Source of the DNA: Camelus ferus | Taxonomy: Eukaryota | DNA length: 64,000 bases | NCBI RefSeq assembly: GCF_009834535.1 | Contig: NC_045696.1 | Span: 58,220,001 to 58,284,000 of the forward strand | Direction of reading: 5' to 3' | Part shown: piece by piece, positions 24,501 through 37,823 of the stretch | Layout of the letters: each line of letters begins with the position of its first letter | How positions within the stretch are numbered: position 1 is the stretch's first letter | The notes under the pieces: model-generated | Database searches by the model: none | Told to the model about the DNA's origin: nothing | Seen by the model: the letters and a program-made list of their open reading frames with translations, nothing else | Made by a program: the position numbers and the translations under genes

Positions 24501-27500
24501 GGGAAATGAGAGTGTTTCAGGCCTCTTTCGTCTTGCCTCCCTCCTCTTATGCCGGCAACCCTGCAAAGTGCTCTGACCATGGGAGGGCTTAGCAAATATT
24601 TGGTGTTTTGCTGATGGAGCCCTGAGCTGGGGCTGAGGGGAGCTTGGGTGTCTCCCAGCTGCCCACCCTACCCCCTCCCCACTGTCACACCCTACCCCCT
24701 CCCTGCTGTCACACCCTATGCCCTCCCCGCTGTCACACTCTACCCACTCCCCGCTGTCACACCCTGACCTTCCAGCCTCCCCCATCTCTCCAGGCCTCTG
24801 CTCAGCTCCCAGCACACTTTACTGGGGCTGGAGAATAATGCTTGGCAGTAGGGATGCCATTTGTCTCCCTAGTCTCAAGGACAGATGGGCACATCCAGGA
24901 GGTCCCTGTGTTGCAAAGACCACAGGAGCCCACCTGGCTGTGGCTACACCAGCTAAAGGCAGCTTTTGATTATCTCTGAAGTGAGGGGGTGCAGTTCAGG
25001 GTAGCCTCACATGGTTAGGAGTCTGAGATACCTTTCCATTTGGCTTTGGGATAGGCTTTTGTTTCTAGCTTAAATGCTAGTGTCACTGTTGCCAAATTTG
25101 TGAATCCATTTGAAGCTAAGGTGTGGAGAACTGATTACAGAAGCAGCTGGGACACGAATGTTGTGTCTCCACCTTGTTCCTCACCTCCACCCCACCCAGG
25201 CCAGGTCTCTCTGCCTCTTCCAAGTTGGGAGGTTAGAGGAACAAACTTGGGAGCTGGCTCCAAGTGAGACAGTCTGGGACCTGGGACCCTTTACCTGAAG
25301 TTGGGGCAATTATGAACATTAAGATACGAAAAGGCCACAAACCAACTGCCATTTCTGAGGTGTCAGGATCAAAAGGAGGGCACTGGGAGCAAAAGCAGGA
25401 TACTGTGCGTGATCCCAGCACACAGCGCCACCAAGGGGGTGGGCTGACCACTGAAGCTACACCTTCTATCCAACACTCGGACACACCCCTGTCATCAGCC
25501 CCTTTTAGGACCCAAGCAGCTCCTCTCCCAGAGTGAGCAAGGGCACCTGTTACTTGTTTTTGCTGCTTCTTGCTGCAGCACGAGCCCCAATAAAGCCTTG
25601 CCTGGAATTCTCTTCTGGTGTCTTATCAATTTCTATTGATTAAAGAGTCCAAGGGTCCAGTCTATAATAAAAGCATCTTCCACCTGTCCTCACATCTGGA
25701 GAATAAGTGCTGTGGTTTCAAAGTTAAAGACCACTCTCTGAACTGAAGGGACTGAGAGTAAATCAAGTGGACTAGAGATGGCCACAGGCCGGAACTGTGG
25801 GCATAACAACAAGGATGACAACAGCCACCACCGTTTGCTCAACACATACTTCCTTCCCCCAGGGAAGTGATTAGTGGTTTTGGCAGATTATCCTAATTAT
25901 CCTTCACAAAAACCTTGCAGAGATTTCACGAGGAGGAAGCCAGAGTTCAGAGAGGTTAAGTGACTTGTCCAAAGGCATGCAACTGGAGACGGCTCCAGGA
26001 TGCCACCCGAGGTCGACCTCTCCAAAGCTCCACCTTCTGAGCTCGACTGCGAAGGCTATTGCGATTGCGGGGTATCTGGGTGGGGAGGCCCGCCCGCCGT
26101 CCAGGGTGCCCACTCACCCCTGGCTGCGGTAGGCGGCGCACCTCTCCAGAGGGACCCGCAGCACGCCATCGCTCATCCCCACGAAGAGCGCGCGGGCGCT
26201 GTGCAGGATGCGCAGGCTGTGCAGCGGCTCCCGACGCCCGGGGGGCAGCACGTGCAGCTCCTCCAGGTAGCAGCCACGGAGGCTGCGGCTTGTGGTGGAC
26301 AGCGCCTTCAGGATGGTGCCCGACTCTGGAGGGGCCAAATGAGGGTGTCCTTGAAGGCCCCGCAACCTTGCAGTCCAGCCCCCACCCCTCAAACTCCTCC
26401 CACTCGAAGAACAGGCACGGTGGGCTCACCGGTGCCAATGTAGAGCACGTGGTAGAGCGTGTCCTTGGCCTGCACAAGGTCCACCACGAGGTGTGAGAAG
26501 CGCACACTGTCTTGGGTGACACAAGGCTCGGGTGTCACGGGCTGCACGGCCTCACTCATCAGGAACAGGCGCTGCGCATCCTGCAGGCTGCGCTCCGTCA
26601 GGTTCTCGTTGGGGCCCACCTCGGGCAGGGTGCCGCACTGCGGCGGGGAGTCAGGTCATGCGTGCCCAGCCACCTGGCTGCCGCCATCCGCTATCCCCTC
26701 CTTCCTTCCGCAACCCACACTCTGATTCTCCAATCCCTGCTCCCCACGCCAACCAAGCATCCCTGCAGGATGCGCTTCACCCTCTTCCATGGAGATGGCT
26801 CTTCTTTGGGAACTAGGGGGAAATGAGGCTAGAAAGATGGGGAAGGAGACCTGCCAGGGGTGGGGAAGAGGACAGGAAGATGAAAGGGGGGCTGGATTAT
26901 CTAAAAATGGGTCGTTTGAGTGTGGATAACAAGTGTTTGATTTCATGCTGTTGCTGTAGGTGCCCCTCCTCCATGTTGGGCCAAGCCCCACCTTCCCTCT
27001 CCTGTGTCCCTCTCAGCTCAAGGTTCTTACACCTTCTAAACCAAAGCTAGAAGGCAACTACCATTTACTAAACATTCTACTACATTCTAGACACTGTGCC
27101 AGGTGCATATCAACCCTCGAGCTATCTATGAGGTCGACAGTATTATCCTGATGTGCCAGATAAGGATAAAGGGACTCAAGGAAGTTGAGTGACTTGCCCA
27201 AGGTCGCACATAGAGAGGGCTAGATCTGGGTCAGGACTGTAGGACTGAAAAGCCTGAGGTCTTTCCCAGAGCCATACCGCCCCCTGAGCAGGAAGTTGGA
27301 TGGACATGAAAGTCAGCCATCAGTAGCTTTCTTTGCCCCATGACTCTTCCCCTTCTCTGTCACACACTGGGGATGCTCACACCACCATGGCTGGACTCTT
27401 GGCACTCAGAGACCAGGATAAAGTCATGCTGGGTAGACTGCAAGCAAATTCCAGCTAAAATCCCCAAATTCTGGTCAGACAGCTTGTGAGGGCTCTCCTG

Positions 27501-30500
27501 GTCCCCTACACTGAGTAGAGCTGAGGTCCCACCTCCCTGCCTCTCTGAAGGTGAGGGGTCACATTAGAGATGGTTCAGAGCAGGCTCCCTTGCTCTGCAT
27601 CTCACCCACTTTCTCTTTCTCACTTCACAATCTTGGGGTTACCACCCTCATAGGGAACCATCTCAGACCCGACAGATGGGCATAGATCAGCAGGGACATG
27701 TTTGGTGTTTGCATTAAGCAGTTGGGAATCAACTTGTGGCTGGTAGCCTGGGGGAAAGTGGTAAGGAGAGGGGAAGAGGAGGAGAAGCTGTACCTGGAAA
27801 TCGGGGATGGGGTTGGCGATGGGGAGCCAGGCAGCCCTGGGGTTCTCCTGGTAGCGAAACGGGCCATTGAAAGCCTGAGAGATGGCACTGAGGTTGAAGG
27901 CGCAGACAGCAGATGCGGCAATGCTGTTTCTGAAAGGCAAGAGATGACGGGGTGCTGCCTTCCTAGGAAGCCCCGGCTTCCTCCCCGTAAATCCCACAGC
28001 TGGCTGTAAAGTCACCGCCTGGTACAGCTCCAAGGCTTATTAGGCACCTAGGATGAGTCTGGTGACTTCTGCACCACAGGAGCATTACAGAAGGAGGAGA
28101 CATGGTCCCCACATTCTGGAGACCCTCTGGGAAAGAAAGACCCACTGATGAGAAGCACTGCACTGGTGGACCCTTCTGTGCTACTTCCTCATCCCCTTCC
28201 TTCATCCAGTGGGAGGGTCAAGTAAAGTCAGTGGTTTCCAAACATTTTAGTCCATGGCCACTGTAAGAAATATATTTCATATTACAACTCAGTATGACAT
28301 ACACATACATGCACCATACACGTTTGCAATGAATTTTCATGAATCAGTACTTACCCTTACTAAATACATTATATTCTGGTATTTTTATTTCAGTTGATTC
28401 TGTTTGATTTATTTTATTTAAAAAGAAAAAAACCAACAACCTGGTTACCAAACCGGTGATCACTTCTGCAGCCCAATACCCAGAGCCAGATGATCCCTCT
28501 GATTCCTTTCCATCACTGAGTCAGACACGTGTATGAGTCTGATGTGAACAGTTCAGAGAAAGGACACCATTACACCAAATGTTTCCAGGCCTGTTCTCAG
28601 CACTTAGTACCTCTCCCTGTTGTGTGCACTTCACTCCCCCTCTGCCTGGTCTCAGCCCCCACCGTCTCCTCCAGGAGTGTCCCCACAGCCTGTCCAATCT
28701 CCTCTAATCCATTCTCCACACAGCAGCTGGAGGGAGCACTGTAAAATGCACATCCAAGCTAGTCCCTGTCCTGCTTGAAACCCTTCAATGACTTCCTCTG
28801 ACTCTTAGGATAAAGATCAAAATCCTTAAAGTAGTCTACAAGGCCCTTCCCCGGACATAATCCTCCCATGCCCGCCCTTCAGCCAACTCTCCTGTCTTTC
28901 GCCTCCTCACCTGCCAGGTTCCTGCTACTTGAGTCTCAGTTCCCCAGACATTTCCTCCCACCCCAAAGCTTTGTACATGCTGTTCCCTTGGGTTGGAATG
29001 TTCCTCTCCCCTAGTTAATTCTCAGCCCTCCTATAGACGTTACTTCCTCCAGGAATCCTTCCCTGATCATCATCCCTCCATACTGACAGAAGCTTCCCTA
29101 CACACTGCCCTTTCCCTTTGTAGCATGTATCACAGTTGAAACTGAGCATTTTGTAACCATCTTCTTAAAAACATAAGCTCCTCATGGACAGAGTCAAGTC
29201 TGCTCGTGCTCACTAGTGTGTCCTCAAAGCCCCTGACCTCTACCACGACAAGCACCTCGTATGGAGAAGGTACACAGTACATAAATGATTTGCAGTCTAC
29301 ACTAATGTCCTTTTCCCCTGGTGCCTCTCCAGTGACTCCTGCCCTTTGCTCACAGCTACCCACCGTCTGCTGCTGATGGAGGGTTGGTCACTAAGTCCCG
29401 GCTATCTGCTCCTGGCCTGTGTGGGCTGTGCTGCAGGTCTGTCCCCTGCTTAGATGGCTTCTCTGTCCCTGCTTCCCAGCTTTACTCTCCTCCGTGTCCA
29501 CCCCCTCAGGCCGTGCTCCCTGTAGCTAGCCTGGCCCTCATCCAGTGCCTGCTAGCTGGGGTGCAAGGTGAGAAAGCACCACACCATGGCTCGTATGTTT
29601 CTGATGTCCTCACAAGGGGCCCCGCACAGCATCCTGTACAACAAACGCATTCCTTGGTCTCTGCTGCCCATTCAACATCCCCCATACAAAAATCACCTGA
29701 ATGGTCAATCATTACATGGGAGGAGGCAGTGGAAGGAGGGTCTCATGATCTCCATGGGGGTTACCCTTCCCTACACCTAGGAAACAAAAGAGGTTCTAAT
29801 TCCCAGCCTGTGTTTTCCAGTGCAGTTAGGATGGCCAGAAGACTCTGCTGGTTAGATTTAGCAGGATCATAGAACACTGAAGTTGGAAGGGTAAAGAATG
29901 CCCTCTGAGCCTCCCCGATGGGCAGCTGTCAGACCGCCTGGGGCTGCCATCCCCCACCCTCATCAAAGGCAGCCTCCTTCACTTTCATCACCAGCAAGTC
30001 TTCCTTCCTGGAGCCACAATCCAGCTCCTTTTACTTTCTTCCTATCTGGCCTCGGCCTGCCCTTCACAGCAACTCAGAATGAGTGCTTACCTCTCCAGAG
30101 GCAGCAAGTCACCAAATCCCAGTGCAGAATGCATGGCAGTCCCCATTTTACAGAAAGAGAAACAGAGGCTCAGAGAGGGACTTGCCCAAGGCCACCAGGC
30201 TGCGAAGGCAGGTCAGAGCCCTTCCATGATATCAAGGGAAGGGTGAGGACAGGGACTCACACGTTGGTGGTGAAGACCCCGTAGATGAGGTCCTGCTCGG
30301 GCAGGTGAAAGGCACTTTGCAGCTCGTTGTAGTAGAAGGGGACCTCGCCCGGGCGGGAGCAGTTGAGCCGGGCCTTCATGAACGTGGTCCAAGTGTCCTC
30401 CAGTAGGAAGCGGCCCCCCACGTCATTCTTGCACACGCGGGCCACCCGAGAGTACACGGTGCGCCCACAGTCATGCTCCACCGCGTTCTCCCGCAGGAAG

Positions 30501-33500
30501 AAGTATGCAAACAGCCCAATATCATAGGCTGCTACGAAGTTTGGCTCTGGGGGCAGAAGAGGAACAACGGGTGGGTCAGGACAGGAGGGAGGAAGAGGGC
30601 AGCGTTGGGAGAACTCGACTACCTCCGTTTCCTCAGGTGAGCATCCTGACACCCCCCTGCCAGCTTGGTGACCTGGGGGCTCTATGTAAGTACAACACAA
30701 AGTGCAGTTATAATAAGAGTTAACACGTGTGACTGAGCAGTCACTGTGCACCAGACACTATTATAAGTACTTTATATGGATTAGCCCATTTGATCCTCTC
30801 AACAACCAATGAGGTAAGTACAATGATTGCCCCCATATTACAGGTGAGAACACTGTGGCACAGACAGGTCAAGTACTTGCCAGACGGCTTGTTAGTGGAG
30901 AAGCAGGGATTTAATTCCCAAGGTCAGGAAACTCATATAGCCCTCCCCCAATCTCTTCTTTCCCATAACCTTTCCTCTTCATCAGTTCCTAACTCTCTCC
31001 CTTCATAGCCTGCCCTCCATCTGCTTGAGGTCCTCAGGACCTCTGTGATTTCACCTGGAGTCCATCTCTGACATGTTGTGGTTCTTGGGCAAGCATCTGA
31101 CTCCCTTGGGGCCCTTTCAGAGGTTGGGCAGGAAGGAGGACTGATGGGGCCCAGGGTGGGCTGGCTGGGTCCAAACCAGGGGAGCCCCCTGGGGCCGGGC
31201 CTCCTTACCGTTGAGCCACTTGGAGTTATACTGGGCAGTCCGAAGTGGTGGCCCACTGCCCAGGCTGCGGTAGATGGCAGGGTCCCGACCTGAGAAGTCG
31301 ATGACCGTAGCCGCGTAGAGCTCCCCATGGGAGGAGATGACAGCCGTGGAGTTGTGGCGTGGGTCGTAGGGGCAGCGGGCCACACCATTGATCTTCTCCA
31401 TGGTCCGGCTGAGGTTCCCCACCTGAGGACAATGGGGAGATGGAGTGCTTTCCCCTGAGACCCTGGGGCTACCTGTTCTTCCCACCCCAGAGTTTTGTTT
31501 CCTCCTGGGCCCATGGGCTCCCTGGGCCTCTTCCTGCTTCCACCTCCTCCTCACTGCCCACCCTTAGTGCCTCTGAGGGAGCAGCCACCGTGGAGAGGGA
31601 GGTTGTGTCAAGAGCTCCTTCTTCCTTGGGCCCCTGCCCCTAGTCAGGACCCTCCATGGTGAGGCTGACTCATGAAACACTGGAGGCCTACTTAAATTTG
31701 AATTCTCATGAACAATGAATCATTTTTTTTTTTAGTATAAGTATAGCCCACATCTTACATGGGACATACATTTCCTAATATACCATTTGTTGTTTATCTG
31801 AAATTCAAATCTAACTGGGCATCTTTTTTTTTGTTTTGGTTCTTGTGTTGAATTGGCAACCCTATGACAAGGCTATGTGCCGGGGCGAGAGAACCCCTTG
31901 GTGCCCCCACCTGTCTGCTGGAGCACACTGGGGAAAAGGCGTTGGTCCCACACATGAACACTTTCCGGCCAGTGATGATCAGGACTCGCACGTAGTTCTG
32001 ACACTCCTCCTGAAGTAAGAAAGGGGAAGTAATAGCGGTACCAGCTCTCCAGGTGCGGTGCTGGGTGTCTTTCCCTCATGCCGCTGCACTGCAAATATCC
32101 GACAGCACTCTTCTCTGCCCCAGATGCACCCAAGTCTGAAGAAGAGGTTGCATCTGTGGACACCTCCTCCCCCACACCTCCCTCCCAGGCTGTCTCCCTG
32201 CCTCACTGCCCACTCAGATGCTCAGGCTGCATCCTCACCTGCACTGGGAGCCTCCAGCTCACCCAGGCTGGCGGCCTGGAGCCCACACGATGCCCTTCCA
32301 TCCCCACAGCTACAAGTCTCCTGCTGGCTCCAAGCCACGCAGGCCCCTGGCTACCAAGGCCACGTACCTCGGTCTTCCCTTTGCTTTGGCAGGAGCGGCG
32401 CGTGTCCTCGTTGGAGGCCCACTCTGTGGCCTGTGGGAGGAGCACACAGATGTCACATGGCTGTGCCACTCACAGCCAGAGCAGGAGAGGACAGGGAGCT
32501 GGGAAGGGGCTGGCCATGGCCTGCAGAGTAAGGTTTCTCTCACAAAAGCCACATGGACCCAGCAAGGCTGCCAGACCTTCTGACCCAGAGACATGCCCTC
32601 AGCCCAAAACCCTCACACTTGCTTGTGTCAGGGGGAGGCCTGGAGTAACAGCTTTTCATCTTCCCCATGTGGCTCTGGCCAGGGATCTCCCCAGGCCTCT
32701 GTCCCCAGGTCAGCTGGGGAGATTTGAGTGGCCAAGGAGGACTTTCAATCCCACCCCAGGCCCTGAGTGGGAAGCGGGCAGTGTGCCTCCAGATGTGTCT
32801 CAAATGAACCGGAAGCAGGAAGGGAGGAAAGGCTAAATTTGCAAACCTTAGATACAGGAGATCAATTTCACTTTCCCACTACAACCCTGGAAAGTGGTTT
32901 TGAGTGGTTTTTTTCCCTCCCTTAGCAGATGAAGAAACTGATGAGTTCTGTATGACTCGCTGCAGGTGTGTGGTAAAGCAGAGATTGGAACCCACATTCC
33001 TGATTCAAAGGCTAGGTGTGTTTTTTTCTCTTTATTCCACTGTCTTAAGGACCCAGGACTTCCCCTTTCTCACTTGCCCCCCTCCCCCCACCTCTGTGCC
33101 ATCTGCTTCCTTATTTCCCTGTAGCATCACTCATGCTCTATCTTGGGGTCATGTTTTGGGCATGCAGCTTCCACTCAGGGACCCAGAGGACATTACCTGT
33201 TCTCAAGTGCCTATGGCATTAGGAGAGGGCTAACCCCACCCAGGAAACCCCTCTCCCTCTTCATCTATTCTGCCTATACTTTCCAAGAGCCCACCCAGCC
33301 TGCGAAGAGCAGTGGGGGGAGGAGTCATACCCTTCACATCCAGGCAGCGTCAGCCCTGGAGGGTGGCTCATTATATATTTCTGGGTCACATGTATAAACA
33401 TGAACTGCCTACCTGTCCTGGGAGAGGGAGCCCTAAGCAAGCTGCTCCTCCATCCAAATGGGCAAATGGGGGCAGAACCCCACCTACTTTTAAAATCTAA

Positions 33501-36474
33501 CAAATCTCCTTCTAGGTGTGCGGTCACTACCTGCAGAGCTCCAGGGGCCAGGGTGTGGGAGGAGAGGAGGTGCCAGGAGAGGGAGAGGCCAGGCCGCTCT
33601 CTACTGTCCAGGCTGCAGCCCACCCTCAGCCCCAGGACCTGCCTGGTAGGGCAGAGGGAGAGCTGACTTCTGCAGATTCTGGATTCAGGAGCTGGGTGGC
33701 GATTTTGGTCATGCCTCCATCAGACCGATGGCCAGGCTGGGCTCATACTGGTATTCCAGGCCTGGAGCTCAGGCCTCTGCTCTCAGACCTTGGAAGAGGG
33801 CAAATGACCCCTGGCATCTGGCCCTCGAGCCATGGGGTTCATCTGAACAGGAACAATGGAGCCATTGTCATGCTCAGCACCCCATCAGCTCCCAGACTGA
33901 TGTGAGAGGAAAGAGGGGTATAAAGAAGCAAACTCAGGTCCTCTGGGGGCAGAAAAGGGCAATGACCCACAAACACTGCAGATACGTGGGCCTGAAGCTC
34001 TGGACAGTGGGCGGCTGCGAGGGGACTGTGTGGACAGAGACTTTGCTGGGGCCATGGGGTCCCTGAGCACAGGGGTACTTTGAAGGGGTCAGCCTTACCT
34101 CTAAAGGGGTGGGAATCCCATTGTGGGGGAGGATGGGGGACAGGTGTGTACAATCAAAAGGAGTTAAAATCACACAATGCTGAACATTGAGACAGGTACT
34201 TGGCACACCTTTCTCTCTAATCCTTACCAGAGCCAGTGAGACATGTGGCCTTTTGCTCATTTTACAGGTGAGGAAAATGAAGCTCAGAGAGGCTGCGCAA
34301 TTTTCCCAAGGTCACAAAGCTAGTAAGCAACAAATCCAAGATGCAAACCCAGACAACTGACACCAGAGCCAAGCTCTGTTACATCCTACAGCCTCTTACA
34401 GTGAGTAGATTTCTCAAACCAAAAGTTAGAACATATGGCCTGAAAATGTGTATTTATAATGATAACAGAACAGACTTGTTTGAGTCATTTATTTATTTTT
34501 TATTTTAAAAATTATTTTTACCAAAGTAATGATGCACAGAGTTGAAAAAGTTAAAGCGTATGAAAAAAATTTAAAGAAACCCCAGCAACTGACTCCTCCC
34601 ACACCCCAACTCCATTTCTCAAGACCTACTTTAAACTCTTTTAGCTTTTTTTTGTACATGTTTTTAAAAATCCATTTTCTCAAAAATATGTATCAGTCTC
34701 AGACTTCATCTTCTGACTTCTGTTACGGAGGTGAAAGCTTTTTCTACTTACCCATCCCCTATTTTCCCCCACCTCAAAGCACTTCCCCTCTCCCTGTCCT
34801 CACATTATAATTATGTAATATTAATTATTTAATACTGTACATTAAAATCAATACCAGTATTTACACCATTGTGAATATGAAAAAATTGTTCACTGCTGGG
34901 AGAAGGGTGGGAAGGGACAGACTGGGAGTTTGAAATTTGTAGATACTGACAGGTATATATAGAATAGATAAACAAGATTATACTGTACAGCACAGGGAAA
35001 TATATACAAGATCTTGTGGTAGCTCACGGTGAAAAACAATGTGACAATGAATATATGTATGTTCACGTATAACTGAAAATTGTGCTCTACACTGGAAATT
35101 GACACAACATTGTAAACTGACTATAACTCAATAAAATAAAATTTAAAAAAATTGTTCACTGCTATCAACCAGTACCCCAGATTTCTCTGAATGTAAGACA
35201 TCATCAATTGTAATACGAACCACTAAGAGAATATGTTGCCGAACTCCTTTATTACTTAAATTTTTAATGTAAGCTTATTGCAAGTGCTCGTACTTAGAAA
35301 TACATTTTAATCATATATCAACCTTGTGCATACAACAAAGAAAGATGTAAGCAAATTAAGTATTCTTAAACCTTCTTTGAATTCAGAGGTCATCTCTTCT
35401 GAATTACTTAGAAAAGTTGTCAATGCTCCTTTTTCGTTGTTGTTTTCTTTGCTTATTTTAGACAATCATTTTTTGGAACCACCCAGGATGTCAGTGATGC
35501 AGAGATTCTTCAGGAGTATTTCACTCTGGTTTCCAGAATTTTCTTCCAAGTTATTGACCCCATTCTGCAGGTTGGATGCTGGCACTTTCTTGAGCTTACC
35601 AGAAGGTATCCACAGAAGTTTTTCTGAAAAACTAGGGTTCATATTCTCTCTTCATATGATCCTAAAATGGTTTGTGGACTGAAATGTCAATGGGTTGCTA
35701 TCATCAAGTCAGAAGACAGACTATGGTCCTGCCAACGGTAACTGTAGGATGCCTTTGACAGAAAGATGTGGCCTGATTTCAGACTCAGTAAATGGAAAAA
35801 CATGTGCATCTGAGAACTAATGAATTGTGCCTATTCTGATAAATTTTCCTTTCGTAACCAACTTTTTGTTTTTCTTGGACTGAATAATTGTCTCGATTTT
35901 CTTCATTGGCTTGTTTTGCAATGTACTTATCACTCACTTTTCCCAAATGCCTAACAGTTCCCTTCAATATCATTTGCTAACTGTACACACAAATGGTTCC
36001 AATAACCAATTAGTTCCCATCCTCTTCCTCCTGCCCCATCCTCCAGCCTCCTGCCCAAGTATGGACTAGTTGTTCTTGAGGCCTCCTGTTTGGCTGTTAA
36101 CCTGGGACTTACCTCCTCTCCTCTCTTGTTTGCTGAATCCCACGCTTCCCTCTTTCTTGAATTACTTGCTTATTCTGGTAGAACACATCTCCAGTATCTT
36201 CCTATGAAAAGGAACATGGTAGATCAATTTTTAAAAATTCTTGCATGTCTGATTCATTCTATCTTCATACTTGGTTGATCATTTTGATATAGAATTCTAT
36301 ATTGAAAATAATTTTCACTTGGAATTTTAAAGGCATTTATTCCTCCATTGTCTTCTAGATTTCAGTGTTGCTATTGAGACGTCTGGTATAATCCTTATTC
36401 TCCATCTTTTGTAGTGATCGTTTTCTTTCTTTTTTTCTTTCTTTTTTTTCTTTTTCTTTTCTTTTCCTTCCTTC

Positions 36475-36560
<86 letters not shown>

Positions 36561-37775
36561 CTCTTTCTTCTCTTTCTCTCTTTCTCTCTTTCTTTCTTTC
36601 TCTCTTTTCTCCTTTTTTTCTTCCTTCCTTCCTTCCTTTTTCTTTCTTTCAGAAAAAAAAGCTAGAAGCTTTTAGGATCATCTCTTTGATAACAGTATCC
36701 TGAAATTCACACTGATGTGCCTTATTGCAGGTCTCTTTTGGGAGCACAGTCAGCCCTTTCAATGTGAAGACTCATCCTCTGTTTTGGTAAATTTTATGTT
36801 ATTTCATCCTTAATTTCTTCCTCATCTTTTCGTCTGTTCTCTTTCTAGTAACTGTTATTAATCCAATCCACTGTTGGCCCTTGTGCAATGATCCTCTAGT
36901 TTTCTGTTATTTCTCTCCTGTTTCTCATTTCTTGTTTTTTGTTGTTGCTCTAATTTCTGAGAGATTTTTCTTCAACTTTATCTTCTAATCCTTCAATTCA
37001 ATTTTTATTTCCCCAATCACATTTTTAATTTTCATATTTTTAATTTAGTGTCTTAGAAACAAAATATATTTTTATATCCCAGAAGATTCTAATTAGTTTT
37101 TTCTAATTAATTTTTAAAATGTTTTCTTGTATTTCTTGCATTTTTCCTGTTTGTAATCTTACAGCTTCTTTCATTCTGTTTGCTTGTTTGTTTTGATCTT
37201 TCTCTTTCACTTTAGAGGCTTTCCTCAAGTGTCTGGTGATTTTTGGCTATTTATTTATATTTAAAATAAATCACTAACCATTTCTCACTGAAAGAAGTAA
37301 AGGCTTCTTGGAGAAACAGCTAATTCCAGGTCTGGGGCAGGAAATGTACAGACTTCCTGGGACAACTCACACCAAATAGCAAGGGAGCAATCAAAGACCA
37401 CTAGGGTCATCATGTCATGGGACCCAGAAGCCAACTTGAAAAGGCCACCTACTGGTGAAAGAGAATAGTCATGAAAGATAACTGCAATGGATTGAAACAT
37501 CAACAATATTTAAAGCCATGAGTCTGTAATAATAATAATAATAAAAGAATAAATTTTTCTGATCATCATCGACAGATACTACCAAACCAGCTCATTATTT
37601 GAAAACTGGTGAATAAAGACAGAGTATCAAACATTTATCCTGCCTCTCTCCTGTATGACCATATTATTGGGTAAACAAATAGTAGATGAGGAGAAGTTTC
37701 TCCTAACAGTAGTCCAGCCAATACATTGTAACACCTAAAGAATTAATGGACCTGGGAAACCATCATCAATGGTGC

Positions 37776-37823
<48 letters not shown>

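Larger units (their letters stand above)
25990..26720. other. Intragenic CpG-rich segment over coding exons 9-10
   Basis: Dense CpG (e.g. gagcgcgcgggcgc) extending into the flanking intron; obs/exp not computed. Confidence 0.65.

Noticed and set aside
24666..24766. Regular 24-bp repeats resembling a CRISPR array
   Set aside because: Head-to-tail with no spacers, eukaryotic intron, and no cas genes.
25956..26826. Multiple overlapping ORFs on both strands
   Set aside because: Shadow frames of GC-rich SEMA5B exons 9-10.
32058..32836. 252-aa and 157-aa plus-strand ORFs
   Set aside because: GC-rich intron or antisense sequence with no recognisable domain; the lengths are plausible by chance.
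36414..36665. Phe/Leu/Ser-rich hydrophobic ORF
   Set aside because: It is a translation of the (CTTT)n microsatellite.
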